NCBI GenBank assembly: GCA_038523235.1 | Contig: JBCBJQ010000112.1 | Span: 1-18,903 of the forward strand | Direction: 5' to 3' | Length of the DNA: 18,903 nt | DNA from: Cyanobacteria bacterium J06626_4 | GTDB lineage: Bacteria; Cyanobacteriota; Cyanobacteriia; Phormidesmidales; Phormidesmidaceae | In this document: piece after piece, positions 18,088 through 18,903 of the stretch | How the letters are laid out: each line of letters opens with the position of its first letter | Position numbering within the stretch: the first letter of the stretch is position 1 | Translations under genes and position numbers: made by a program | The notes under the pieces: model-generated | Seen by the model: the letters and a program-made list of their open reading frames with translations, nothing else | Database searches by the model: none | Told to the model about the DNA's origin: nothing

Positions 18088-18350
18088 GCGTATTTCTCCT
18101 CTAGATAATCGATGTAGGTGTCTTGCGGATCTTCTGAAGTGGTTGGGAGGATACCGATGAGGCTCTGAGTCCAGGGATGAAGCTGGGCGATCGCGGCCTC
18201 AATTTCGGGTTCTGCTGAACATTGTTGGTTCGTGGCAGTGGTCGCGGGTTGAGTCTCTTGCTGAATGGAAGCCAGTAAGGTTTGCACCAGTCGCCACCGA
18301 TCAGCAATGGGCAACTGAATCACTTGGGTTTGAAGCTCTTGAGGTGTCAT
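18084..18350 (-). CDS. putative antitoxin (88 aa) paired with the truncated PIN toxin
   Basis: The N-terminus QLPIADRWRLVQTLLASI resembles addiction-module components. The C-terminus SLIGIL...YIDYLEEKY is typical of PIN partners. Translationally coupled to the PIN start. Confidence 0.75.
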   Translation of the reverse strand: MTPQELQTQVIQLPIADRWRLVQTLLASIQQETQPATTATNQQCSAEPEIEAAIAQLHPWTQSLIGILPTTSEDPQDTYIDYLEEKYA

Positions 18351-18540
18351 GGGAGGTGAACCTGAAGGAACTAATCAAATTCTAACGGCCTATCCGTCAA
18401 AGAATTTCAGATTAGCGATCGCTCTCGCAAAATCAACCAGAGCGTTGGCTTAGCCGCCTTTATAGAGCATCGCCGTGCCCCTGACAAACTATTGAGCCAA
18501 ACTCGTCTCTCATCACTACGTAGTCTGGCAGGATGAGCAC

Positions 18541-18777
18541 ATGGGAAAAGCAAGACAAACGCTTAAGCAGGTTTTGAAGGAGTACGGCATCAATCAGTAC
18601 AGCCTGTCGGTCGAAATGGACGTGGAACGCAACAATGTCCATCGCTGGGTGAATGAGAAGCGTGACCCCACTGCTGAGACGGTAGTAGAAATCGTTCGAG
18701 CACTGAAAAAGCTGAAACCTGAAGCTTCGAAAGCTTTTATAGAATGCTACCTCGGTGATGAAATTGAGAATGTTTAA
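18541..18777 (+). CDS. XRE-family helix-turn-helix regulator (78 aa)
   Basis: LKQVLKEYGINQYSLSVEMDVERNNVHRWVNEKRDP fits the Cro/C1 HTH pattern. AGGA RBS. Confidence 0.88.
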   Translation: MGKARQTLKQVLKEYGINQYSLSVEMDVERNNVHRWVNEKRDPTAETVVEIVRALKKLKPEASKAFIECYLGDEIENV

Positions 18778-18903
18778 GACTGAATGCAAGTAGAATAATG
18801 AAAACGTTATCTCTAGATCAATCAACCGAAGTGCACTCCTGAGATCATCTTTAGCTGGTTGGCGAAATTATTCTTCCGTCAAATCTCATGTATTCATAAG
18901 GCT

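Noticed and set aside
18460..18825. 121-aa minus-strand ORF
   Set aside because: Antisense shadow of the XRE gene.
18851..18903. Possible 3' end of a minus-strand gene entering from the right (...PYEYMRFDGRIISPTS*)
   Set aside because: Only 16 codons are visible, too few to support a call.

Overview
Cyanobacterial chromosomal window. About two dozen HIP1 octamers (GCGATCGC), chlL/chlN and nblA support this; a filamentous Leptolyngbya-like host is only a guess. Positions 1-13.9 kb are core genome: the Yfr1 sRNA downstream of a GuaB3-type IMP dehydrogenase, a ktrA/trkA-anmK pair, a conserved hypothetical protein, an SpkA-like Ser/Thr kinase, a two-domain USP, nblA, an ABC-2 permease, an uncharacterised helical protein with three 86-aa repeats, and the chlL-ORF-chlN operon with its terminator. 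Positions 14.0-18.9 kb are accessory. The most interesting item is an intact ORF with a REP-associated tyrosine transposase (RAYT/Y1 HUH) fold whose catalytic residues (HUH and Tyr) are replaced. It lies co-directionally upstream of a palindrome-rich spacer and a 61-aa gene encoding a signal peptide plus a short Gly/Arg-rich peptide (FPGQRRGAGTH). Beyond it are a Uma2 nuclease fused to a duplicated module and a degenerate nucleotidyltransferase domain, decayed toxin-antitoxin parts (truncated PIN toxin, intact antitoxin-like gene, HI1420-like fragment) and an XRE regulator. All family calls come from recognising motifs by eye, not from database searches.
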